DNA from: a virus
Length of the DNA stretch: 64,000 nucleotides
IMG/VR virus record: IMGVR_UViG_3300033113_000110
Coordinates: 797-64,796 of that record
Strand: one strand, 5' to 3'
Part shown: positions 27,426 to 39,400 of the stretch, in pieces
How positions within the stretch are numbered: position 1 is the stretch's first letter
Layout of the letters: each line of letters begins with the position of its first letter
The notes under the pieces: generated by a model
The model's database searches: none
What the model was told of the DNA's origin: nothing
Seen by the model: the letters and a program-made list of their open reading frames with translations, nothing else
Translations under genes and position numbers: made by a program

Positions 27426-30400
27426 ATGCGTCATCAGCGAAGCCTTACAGACGAAGAATTGGCGTTGCTTTCTGAACCTGTTGATCGTCCGACTGCAGAG
27501 TGGGACACATTTCAGGAGACGGGGCAATTGCGTCCAGTAGAGTCATCTCGACCGGAAGGACGAGTGATCGGTGGCCCTTGGGCTGCTTTTCATGGTGTTG
27601 AGGAACTTCCTGCTGATACCTCGCGGGAGGCTGATGATAATCCTTGGTATCCACGTTGGGGTGAGATAAGAAAGCATTTTTGGCCTTCTGCCGGTCGGTT
27701 GTATGATGAGGTGTTGGGGTATGTTTCACCTCAAATTTTATTTGATCGGTATGCTGGCTTTACAGAACAACAACGTGAAATAGGTTCTCTTGTTTCTGAT
27801 GCTGCTCGGTCTCTTTTTTCTTTTGATGTTTCACCACATTTTTTGACAGGTTCAGAGATTGGTACCCTTCCTACGACTCCCGAAGAAGACCTTTCATTTT
27901 ATCGTTCCCGCTTGGAAAGTCAATTTCCCCACACTGCTCCGTCTATGCCAGGTTATGATGATCCTAAAGTGGCGGAAGAATTGGAACTTCGGGAATTGAA
28001 GCGTAAGTACCCTTCACTTACTCAAATGAGTGAAGGGCTTCAGGCTCTAACACCGGTGCATCCTGAACGTGGATGGCAAGGCACACAGGCTCTTTCTCGT
28101 ATGGTTGAGCAAGAACCTTTTGAGTTTGCATTGGATATTGGGCTGTCGGCTACAGGTATCGGTGTGGGTGCTGCGGGTGTCCGTGGAACTGTTCGTGGTT
28201 TTCGCGTAGCTCGGCGTGCTGTGAGTCCATTAGAGGATATAGGAGATGCTCTTAGTGATATTGATGTGTTGACGGGTGAGTTATCGCCTGTAGGACGTTT
28301 ACGCCGTTCTACTGTGGATATAGAAGTTCAAGGGACTCGTTCTTGGGATCTTCAGAATTTATCGAGATTTGGTAGACGTAGAAGGGAATTGGGGACGGGT
28401 GTTCTTGTTTCGCCGACAGAGATCGTTACAGCTTCTCATACGCTTACTGGAAAAACGGATGCGGCTTTTCCGAATATAGAACGAATTACTGCGACAATAG
28501 CTGGTGGTCAACGTATCGATGTTGGAACAATTTCAGGGCTTTCGCCTGAAGCAGATATTGCGGTTTTGGATTTACCGGACTCTGTGGACGCTCCTTTATT
28601 GGATATTGCTGGCGATATTGATGACTTTGATGTGCTTTATGGTAAGTCTCGGATTGGCGAAGGTTATGATTCAGGGACTATTGGTAGGGAGATTGCTCGT
28701 GATCCGATAACGGGTGCGGCATTAAGAGAAACGAGCTATGTCGGTCGAGGTGGGTTGTCAGGGGCAGGTTTGGCTACTGAACGTGGTCAGCTGGCTGGTA
28801 TTTATTTAGGCACTTATGACGATGTGGGTATGTTTGCTGATGCTTCTACGGTTCAGCGTTTTCTGGAGGAAGATCGTCCTACGTTTGACGTTCAAGATTT
28901 TGATAGATCGTGGCATCGGCAACGCTTAATGGATCGTGCTTTGTATAATAGAGAGGGTGCTGAGATTGGATTAGGTGTTCGATCTTTGGATGCTCTTTCA
29001 ACTTTTGGTAGTCAATATGAACTTCAGTCTCGTGATCCTGATGATGATTGGCGTGGTTCGCTTTTGGGTATGCTCGAGGAGATGGAGCAATATAGACGTG
29101 TTGATGAGAGGCGATTGGCCTTAGATGATATACAATCGGCTATGTACGAGGGTTTAGGCTTCTCTCAAGATGCTACGCTTGCTGAAATGTTCCGTGCAGT
29201 TGAAAAAGACCCGGAATTGTTTTTCTATGTCGGTCGCCGCGGTGTTGATGTTGAGGATAGAGCCTATGTTGATCGTGGAGAGACGAAGCGGTATCGCCGT
29301 TGGGAAGAAGCTGGCTCTCCAGTAGATGAATTTGATTTTGAGAAAAGTAGTCGTCTGGTTCCGGCTGGTCAATTTCTTTCGGCTGAAGGTGTGGCTTCGC
29401 AGCACCCGCATGTTGTGAAGCATGGGGTATTCGGGTATGGAAACATTGAGGCTTTGGGGCAGCACTTGAGACAAGTTTTTGAAAAGGCTGGAGATGTTCC
29501 GCTCGATGATTATTCTTTACAGTTGGTGAGAGGTAGACCTTCTGAGATAGATGCTACAAAAATCGGCTATGGGGATGTAACGCGGAGATCGTCTGCTGAT
29601 TTTCTGCCTGGAGCTCAAGGGTTACTGGAATTTGATTTGCCTTCGTTGGATGTTTTACGGGATGTTTATTCTGAAGTGAGAGGGATGCGTTCACATCCGC
29701 GAATCGCTGAAGGACTTTCATGGATACCGGATCCGACGGTTACGAAAGATAGAGAAGGTCAATATATCCCTGTAGGTGAGAGACCGTCAACGGTAGTTGT
29801 TACGGAGCAGCTCTCTGATGAGATGGCGTTGTCTCGTATTCAGATTGCTCGGGGAACACCAGAAGGAATGGTTGTTGAACCGATGCTATTTCATGCCGAG
29901 GGACGGGCAAAGGCTGTTAAACGGAAGCCTATGCATGAGTGGACACATGAGGAATTAAGTAGGGAGACGCTTGTTGGGGAATCTTACTGGGTTCGGCAAG
30001 CTCGTGCTGAGATGTTTAGGAGACGTTTTGAATCTGCTAAGCAGCTCAGTGAACGCTTGGCAAATGCTCCGCCTGGTCAACGGATACCGGTGAGTTATGG
30101 GCGTGCTTTGCAGTCAGAAATTGCGCGAGACTTTGCTGCGGCTAAAAAACAGTCGGAGACTTGGGATTCAGAATACTCTTTTGAAACTGATATTGCCGCT
30201 GCTCATGCGGCTGAGGGGGCGCGGGATCATACGGAGGCTTTTAATCCACAGGACTATAAATCAGAATCTTGGGAGCCGGTAGGCGGTTATGTGGCTGACG
30301 ATGATAAAACAGGACAGTTTTATGAAGGTTGGGTCGATGAGCATGGTGATTTTCAGGATGTTTGGAAAGAAGGCGAGGAAATTGAGAAACAGGAATTGGA

Positions 30401-33400
30401 TGTCTTTTTGGAAGTGGAGGGTGATGATTATACTGAACCGGTGGCGGTCGGTTGGATTGATGAGTATGGAACCCATGATCCTGGTATGGATACTCCCGCG
30501 GGGATTGATGCAAATAAGTTGGCAGTTGATGTCGCTCGTGATGAACAGCGGCGTTTGTCGCCGGAGTCTCAATTGAAGATTTGGGACATGTTTTCGGGGT
30601 ATATTGAGAGACGGGAATATGAGCAGAAATTATTGACTGAGGGGGATCCTGAGTTAGAAGCAGAAATTATTGCTCGTATGGATGTCCGTGATCCTGATTG
30701 GCGTAGAAAGATGCGTGTTGCCTCGCGAGCGGATCGTTCTGTTCAGTCTCCTGGATTGCGTCCTTATTGGGAGCAGGCTGTTGCGGAACAACCGTCTTAT
30801 GGTGTTAGTGATGAGACGCTTTTTCACATGGATATTCCGCGTGAAGAATACTATCGATCTCAACGAAAGCATTGGCAAGTACGTGCCGATGAGCTTTGGT
30901 ATGGTGGGCAATTTGAGGAGTATTATCACCATGTAGAGCCGGTTCGGGAGCGGGCGTATCAATTGCATCGGCAGGCTCGTGATGCTGAATCTGCTGATCG
31001 TATTCAGATTACGGTAGGTGAAAAGGATACTTCGGCAGTGTATCCTGAGAGTGATGTTGATGCACAGAAATATCATTCGGCAGCTGCTATGGGAGTCTAT
31101 TTGCCTGATCCACCAGCAGCGCAATTGGCACAGACGGGAGTTGTTGATATTTCTATCCCGAGGCATGATCGAAGATTTCGTGATGAGACAAGTTTTGAAC
31201 GGGCACCGGATGATTTAGTGCTACGTGGGCAGAGACAGCAGCGTTATGGTGCTGAGCCGATGGATATTTTCATGGAGAATATCCTTTGGAAAGAAGCGGG
31301 TATCGAGGAAACGAAAAGAATCCCGGAAGTGAGTGGGGTAGTAGATGAATTTGTCTATGCATCGGAATTGGATGAAGATGTTGTTCGCTATAAGAAACCA
31401 TCGGGGGCGGTTGAGAGTTTTAATGTACCTGAAGCGGAGGCGTGGCATCGGAGTGATATAGAGGAAGGGCGGCTGGCACGTCCCCAGTATTCTTTTCGAG
31501 ATTCAGACACTGCTCCGCCTGTAGATGTTTTTGATGTTTATGGGTTAACAGAAGGAACGGAGTCTCTCACTTCTTTAGACTTGGCTACCTTGGGTTCGGT
31601 TCGACGGAATGTTTTGGAGAGATATACACCTCGGAGAGTTTGGGAAGCGGCACAGACGGCGGAGTATCGTCAAGCAGCGCGTAGACCTATCGGACAGGGT
31701 ATTGAGGAAGGCTTAACGGCTGATGAATTAAGGGACATCCGTTTGAGAGGTGAACAGATACGGGCTGAAAGGGCGTTTAATGAAGCAACGGCTGAAGGTG
31801 TTGCTTATGAGGCTGAAGCGCGTCGGACTGCTCAGGCTGGTGCTTATCGGATGCAAGAGGATCCGGCTGCAGCAGGAGCGCGTGAAGCGGTAGCAGAAGA
31901 ATTTAGACAGGAAAGGGAACGGGCGGATAAAGCTTTTCGTAAAGTGTGGGATGAAAGTAAGCGGGTTATTCGGGAATCTCCTGGAGAACTTCCCGAGGAA
32001 ATTGCTGATCCGCCGAGTAAGATCAAAAGACGCTATAATTTACACTCGTTGCCTTGGGAAGATGTTGAACCGCTTGACTTGGATACGCCTCGCGCGCGGT
32101 TGGCTGGCTTTGGCGGTATTGAGAGTGAACGGACTTATGGGCTTGAAATTGAACTTATTACAGATTTGACACGTGCGGATATGGAGCGTGAACTTGAGTG
32201 GCAGATGGCACAAGGGTTATCACTGAAGTATGATTTATCGTTGAGGACGGCACGTTCTGAAGTTGCTCTTGAACATCATCCCCCTGCTCATGTTCAGTTT
32301 TCTCGGATGCATCTGCCTGGTGAAATTCAACGTGCAGAAGCGGCGGATTATGAGAGGTACAGATCGCAGTTTACGGGGATGCCCGGTGAGGAAAGAATTC
32401 GTCCGGAAGATTTTGAGACTCGGTACGCACATGAATTGGTTTTCCCGGTAATGCAAGGTGAGGAAGGCTTAGAATTAATCGGTCAAACAGTCCGAAGGCT
32501 TCAGGAATTTGAGACTGAATTGAATACCTCGATGGGTATGCACGTTCATGTGGGTGCCCAGGATCTATCGAACTATGATTTGGTTGGGATTTGGGGAGCG
32601 TTTGCGGCACGTGAAGATGTGATTGATCTTATGCATGAACCGTCTCGGAGAGGTCAAGGTTCTGCTTATGCGGAGACTTTGGTGAGGGAGCGTGGTGAGG
32701 GTTCGTTTACTTCATTGGGTGAATTGCTACGTGCGGAGATGCGAGGTGGCGATCTTTCTCAAGCACAACCTGTCTCGGAATTGGAACGGATGCGTTCTCG
32801 ACTTGAAACTGCGCGTCGGCGGTCTTTGCTTTCATCGGAACGGCGAGAAGGTTTTTTGGATCAGGTAGGCTATGGGCATCGGTATCAGAAATTGAATCTT
32901 AGGGGATTTGAGCACCAGACGATCGAATATCGGCAACCGGCACCGACACTTGATGTTAGCGAGATTGAACACCATATCGGGTTTATCACGAACTTTGTGG
33001 ATGAGTTTTCAGGGAAGCCTTTAGAGTGGGCGATGAGACAGGATCCGAGATTACAACAGGAATATGCTGGTCTCGATTTGGTATTTGAAAGACCTGATGA
33101 AACTGGACAGTTGCTTCTATTCCCGGAAACTCGGACTGAACTTCATTCGGCAGATGAATTGACACCTTCGCAACGACAGGCAATGGAGCATACCTACGGT
33201 GCGGCGGCTGTGATTGCGGGTCCGGGTTCAGGTAAATCCAGAACATTGTTGGAGCGGTTGCGCTACTTGACTGAAACAATTGATGAGCAGTCTGGTAAGC
33301 CTATCGCAAGACCTGAAGATATTCTTACGCTCGTTTTTGGAAAAGAAGCAGAGAAGGATTTGATTGGACGGGGTGGAGAGTTTGGCGGCCCCTGGAACAT

Positions 33401-36400
33401 CTTTACGGTTGACGCTTTTGCGCGTGGCGTTGTTCGTGAGAATTTCGGGGAGCTTGGGTATGCACGGGCACCGGATATTTCTACGAGTACTTTTGAGGAT
33501 TGGCTCTCAGGGAAGCAGATACCAGAATTGGGGCTTTCGGGAGTTGGTGGTGACGGTGTTGAGGCATGGGCAAAACTTTATGAGGAAACTCGGCGTGGTT
33601 TTACTACCGGTAGAGAAGATTATTCGGCTTTACCTGAAGGGTTGCAAGGAGCGATCCGTGATTATCGACTTGAGAGATTTCATGCTGCGGAGATGGATTT
33701 TACTGATGCTATTTCGCAAGCCGGGTATCTTTTAGAGACGAATGAAGCGTTGCGTCAACGGTATCAAGATCGTTTTGAGTTTCTCCAGGTAGATGAATTT
33801 CAGGATATATCGCCGATCCAGTGGCGGTTTCTTCAGAATCTTTCTCCGAATCCTTGGGTTGTTGGTGATCTTGACCAAGGTATTATGTCCTTCCGTGGTG
33901 GCACTGGCACGGTGATGCGTGAGATGATTGAGTCTGGTGTCTCGTTGTATAATATCGAGGAAAATTTCCGCTCGACACCAGAGATTGTTACCGCGGCACA
34001 AGGGTTTATTCGATCGAATCTTGATAGACTTGATGTATCGCAATCAGCAGTGAAACCTTCGGGTGAACCGGTTATGATGGTTGGTGTTTCGCCTTTGACG
34101 ACTGAGCAGCAGGCGATTGCGCGTATTGCTGAACATGTAAGAGAAGGTGAAGAAACAGCGATTTTAACTGCAACGAATCGTGAAAAAGATGTTTTTGAAC
34201 ATGAGTTGGCTGCTGAGCTTCGGGGTCGCGGTTGGGAAGATCAGCAGATAAAAGACCATTTGACCTTTTCTACTATGCATTCTGCGAAGGGGCGGGAATG
34301 GCAGAATGTTTTCCTTCCGATTAATCTCCTTGAATCTGATTTTGGGAATACGCAGAGGCTTTTTACATTGCCTTCGCCTTATGCTCGGACTCCGTTTGAT
34401 TTTGCTGAACAGGAACGGGTCTTTTATGTCGCGATGACACGAGCACAGGAACGGCTTACAATTTTTGGGGATCCGCAGCATCCGTACTATGAACAGGTAA
34501 CTCGTGCGATAAGTGGTGTGGAGGAAGGTGCTGTGCCGTCTTATCTTGAACCACCGGATGATGTCCCGGAAGCTGCTGCGGCTTCAACACGAGGTGGTTT
34601 AGGCGGGTTCTTTGAACGTTTTGGTTCTGGACTTGATAGGTTTTTGCATGGCGATCCGACGCAGCGTACTCCGAGACGGGAAGGACGGCGGCGAGCTCGC
34701 ACTAAAACGGAATTGCATTCAGTGGATGAGCCTTATCGTGAAGGGTCTGATATTCCCGGTTTGGATCAGTTTCTCGATGTAGCAGATAGACATCCGGGTA
34801 TTTTTTATCGGTTTGAGAGTGATGATCCGTCAGGGTATGTTTCACAAGATTTAGCACAGACACATGCTATTTTGAGAGAACATGAAGGACAAGCAAATTT
34901 ACTTCCAGATTCTTTCATGGTGCCGGAGTTCGGGAAATATGATACGCTTATTCGTCCTGCTGGACAGGATCGCTGGAGTTTGTATGATCAGCAGCATGAG
35001 CAGGTAAATCGGGGAGAGAGGGAAGGAACTTTTGATCTTTATAGGGAAGAATATGATAGGGAAACGGATGATTTTGAATTTGTTTATTCGGGACCGGTGG
35101 AGATTGGTTATGTTGGGAGGCGTGGACTTTATGGGCATGTGGATCGTAGCTCTTTTGTAGAGGTGAGTCTAGAAGTGTTAGGGTTTCGGGCATCTCAAAC
35201 GCCTTTGCAACTTTCTGAAACTGACCGACATTTTTCTGTTCATTATGGAACATCGACTCCGTTTCGGCAGTACATAGGTGATCTGTCGGAGGGTGAAGAT
35301 GTTTTTATGTCGCATGGGGTACTGGCTCGGTTGCCAGTGAATTTGGATACTTCTGGAAGTTATGGTCAGCAACGTTATGCTGTTAATCCCAATTTAGGAG
35401 AGTTCATTGAAGCGGGTAACGTAAATTTGAATTGGTTGGCTCAGTCGATAGAGGCTCTCCCGCAGAATGTGAATGCTGATCGGATATGGGGTGATTATCT
35501 CGCGGGGCAACAAGGTTCGGAATTGCTTGGACTTGAGCGGGCTGTTGAGGGGAGTCGGCAATGGTTGGAAGGTAGACATCGTGGAGCGGTTCGTAGGGCG
35601 AGAAGTCGTCGAGTGCGCACTGATTTGCATAGCTTGGATGATTCAGATGATATTAATGCAAAGCTAAACGATATATGGGAAGATGAGCAAAACTTTTATG
35701 ATGCGAATTTTGCTTTAGATCCTCCGACTCCGGTTGAAGCTAACCCGGATATTTTGTTTGGGACTGATCCTACGCCTGAATCCGCTCCTGAATCTGTTCC
35801 TGATATTTTATTTGAATCTGAACTTGAGTCTTTTGCCTCTGATATTTCCGCTGCTCATAAGAGCGTGATGTCGGTAGAACTTGGACGTGGTTTAGGATTG
35901 GGGCAACGGCTTTCTCGGTGGTTCTCTGAAGCAGTGGAGGAGCGTGCTTGGGGTGGACTGACGCATTCAGCGGCGAATATTCTACAGGATGCTGCGACGA
36001 TTAATGTAGCGGCTTCGCTTGCAGTTGAAGGTGTTCGGACGGCGGTCGGGCATGATCTGAATATCGGTAGTCTGATCCATGCGGGTGCATCTACGATGGC
36101 GGCAATGGGGGCAAAGGCTGTTGATGCTCGTTTTGGGTCTCGTGGTGTGCTCCCGGAAGCTCGTGCTGATCTTGGTGCTTTGGCTGATGTTATTCAGGAT
36201 GTCCCGGAAGATGCCGCGGTGCATTTACAACGGATTTTCGAGGAAGCGGGTGCTGGTACTTCACGTTGGCGGCGAGGGAGTCTTGCTGATCAGTTAGAGC
36301 GTTATGACTGGAGTGGTCTTGAGTCGATGTTTGGTGAGTCAGGAGCGGCTTACCTCGATGAATTTGCTTACCAGACACGGCGGTTTGGACAACGAAGCTA

Positions 36401-39400
36401 TGGGACACAACGGAATTGGCAGGAATCATTACTTGATATTTATGCTGGTGGTATTCCACGCGCAACTCGGTATACTTATGATCCGAAATCTGGTGAAGTT
36501 GATTTTGAGATGAAGCGGCGGTGGACGCTCGATAGATTGCTCGAGGCGGGTTCGGATCGGTATCCACATTCACCGATAGGGGCGTGGCATGCTCGTCGTG
36601 AGCAGTTGAGAGAAGACCCGCGTCAAGATATGCTGCGGCATGTCTTTGGACCACTTCAAGGTGAAGATGTTAGACCACACGAGTTGTACATGTTGCTTCC
36701 CGAAGCACGCGGAATTGGACGCTTATTTGGGCGTTTCCATAGACGGCCAGATAATGATTGGGTCATGGAAGATATTGTTCGTGGTGTTGGGGCAACTCGA
36801 TGGGTGGATCGAATTGCTGAACGGAAGGAATTTAGGCGTGAACATCAGAGTATCCTTGAAGAACGGAGACGCTCGCCTGAGCTTTATCAGTGGCAAGACC
36901 CGGCACATTTCTATGGTAAGATTGCCGAGTCGCTCGGTATAGATACCTCGGATTTTGAAGGTTTTGGAGAACGTTTGGGGAGTCCATATTCTGAGTATGG
37001 TCGCTTTTTCTCACGATTGCCTAAAGCTGCGAAGTATCCGGTGATTGGTGGGGGTGCCGCCGTCGGTGGGAAACTTGGTTATGAGTTATTCTTCGGTGGA
37101 GACGATGATGAAGAATTAGTTCTTGATGATCCTGCTGGCTATTCGTTGTCTGCTCGGTATCCGATACTTGGTGCTGTTCAGCGGACACTTCCATATCGAC
37201 GGTTGCGAGCGAGAGCTGAAAATCTTCTCGATGATGTTTATGGTGAGGATTCTTTCCACAGTGAGATGTTGAAATCGATTGGTCTCGGAAAGAAAGGGAA
37301 TTTGCCGTGGGAAGTTAAGCAGACTTTTGTTCAGACTGGACAGATTCATGCTCTGGTTCAGTCGGGGATGCACGTATCGACTTTCTCGAATATCTTGTCT
37401 CGGTATCCGCTGCTTGCAGCACCAGCGGCTTTCTCGGCTGCGCGGGATGTGATCTCGCCGCCGGATGAAAGGGTGGTTGAACCTTCACAGTCTTTTTGGT
37501 CTAAATATCAATTGTCGCCTGATCCGTGGATACCGCGTTGGAATCCCGAACCTCCGACTTCTGGACAGATAAGTGCATTACAGTCGCAAGGGCTATTGGC
37601 TGATGATTATGAACTTGAGATTCCTGAACCGCCGTCGTGGGCTTGGTGGGATCCGGTTGAGAATTATCGTCGTGATGAGGAGGTTCGTGGACAGAAGTTG
37701 GCTACGGAAGGACAGGTGGATCTGCTTGGGTCTTTAGGGTTGTTGCCTGAAGGTTATGACCCTTCTGTTCATGAGCCTTCAGAGATTTCTTTGAATCGTG
37801 GACAACCTGGAATTCAGGATGTTTTGCCATGGTCGGTTTATGGGATGTTTGGTGTTCTGCCGGAGACAGGGTTTTCCTATTTTCGTTCGCGTGGTGATAT
37901 TCAGCGGAAGGATGAGGAAGGGAATTATAGGATTGATGGCTTTGAATTTGATGTTCAAGAGTCTCCGTTCCCTGGTTTCAATCCGTGGCTTGACCCACAT
38001 CCAGAGGGGATTTTGGGTGAAAGTCCCCCTGCTGAGGGGAGTTTTGATTGGGATTTTGGGCATGGATTGTTGGGTATTGGTGTCAATCAGTTTGCTGGAG
38101 TTGGATACGGTATTGGTGGTGGGATTCCTGATCCCGATGCGGAACTATTGGAACTCTATAAGGAACTTGGTATAGATCCGAAGCGGATTACAAGGGAAGA
38201 TGCAAGTAAGCTGATTGAGTATCAGAAGAAACAGCGGGAGGCTCAAGGGAATAAGGCGACGGAGAAACAGATTGTAGCATTGACGAAGATGTATCCGGGT
38301 AAAGATTTGTCTAAATTGACAAAAGAGCAAGCCTCGGAACTCTTTGATGCTTACGAACCGCCGCCTAAAATGGCATCGGATGCACAGCTCACGGCGTTGA
38401 AACGGATGTATCCTGATAAGGATTTGTCCGGGCTGACAATGGCACAAGCTTCAGAACTTTTTGATGCTTATGAACCGCCACCGAAGATGGCAACGGAAGT
38501 GCAGAAAGCGGCGTTGACTCGGATGTATCCCGATAAAGATTTGTCCGGACTGACGATGGTACAGGCTTCGGAACTTTTTGATACTTATGAACGTCCGGCA
38601 CGGAGTCAAGATGCAACGCAAGCTCAATTGGATTACTTAGATCGGCTGCGCGGTGGTGGTTTCGGTGATGTGATGCCTATTGAGGATGTTGATGAATCTG
38701 ATGGGCTAACACGTCAGGAAGTTTCAGCTTTGATAGATTTTGAGAAAGCGAAACGGCGTTCTGCTGAGATTTCTCGTGAGTCGGCTGGACCGACGATGGC
38801 TACTGAATCGCAACTTCGGTATCTTGGACAGTTGAACCCGGAACGATATGGCGGACTTTCTGGTGCTACTGAAGATGTGATGGGTATAGAAGATGTTACT
38901 TTCGATGATGGGATCACGGCTCTTGAAGCGAGAACGCTTTTTGATTATGAGGACGCGGTTCGGAAGTCGCGTGAGTCGGCTGGACCGGCAATGGCTTCGG
39001 ATGCACAATTACAGGTACTGCAACGGATGTTCCCGGATCAGTTCGGGGCATCGAGTGGTGTAGAAGTAGAAGAACCACCGATGATGGGAATCGAGGAGAT
39101 AACTTTCGATGATGGGATTACTCGGCGTGAAGCGGCAGCTCTGTTTGATTATGGTGAGGCTGTACAGAAATCTGCCGGGCCCCCAATGGCATCGGAAGCA
39201 CAAATTGCCGCACTTCAGCGTTATTTCCCGCAGATGTTTGAACCGACTGAACAGGCTGAGGAAGAACCGCTTGTACCGTTGGGGCAGATAGATTTTACAG
39301 ACGGGGTTACGCGTGAGGAAGCACGGCAAGCTTTTCGGCATGTGCCTGAAATGCCGCCGCCGATGGCAACACAGAGACAGATTGATCGTTTAGAAATGGA

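Noticed and set aside
29709-29719. 11-nt match (GAAGGACTTTC) between the spacer at 19698-19733 and the giant gene
   Set aside because: Expected by chance in a window this size; flanks do not match.
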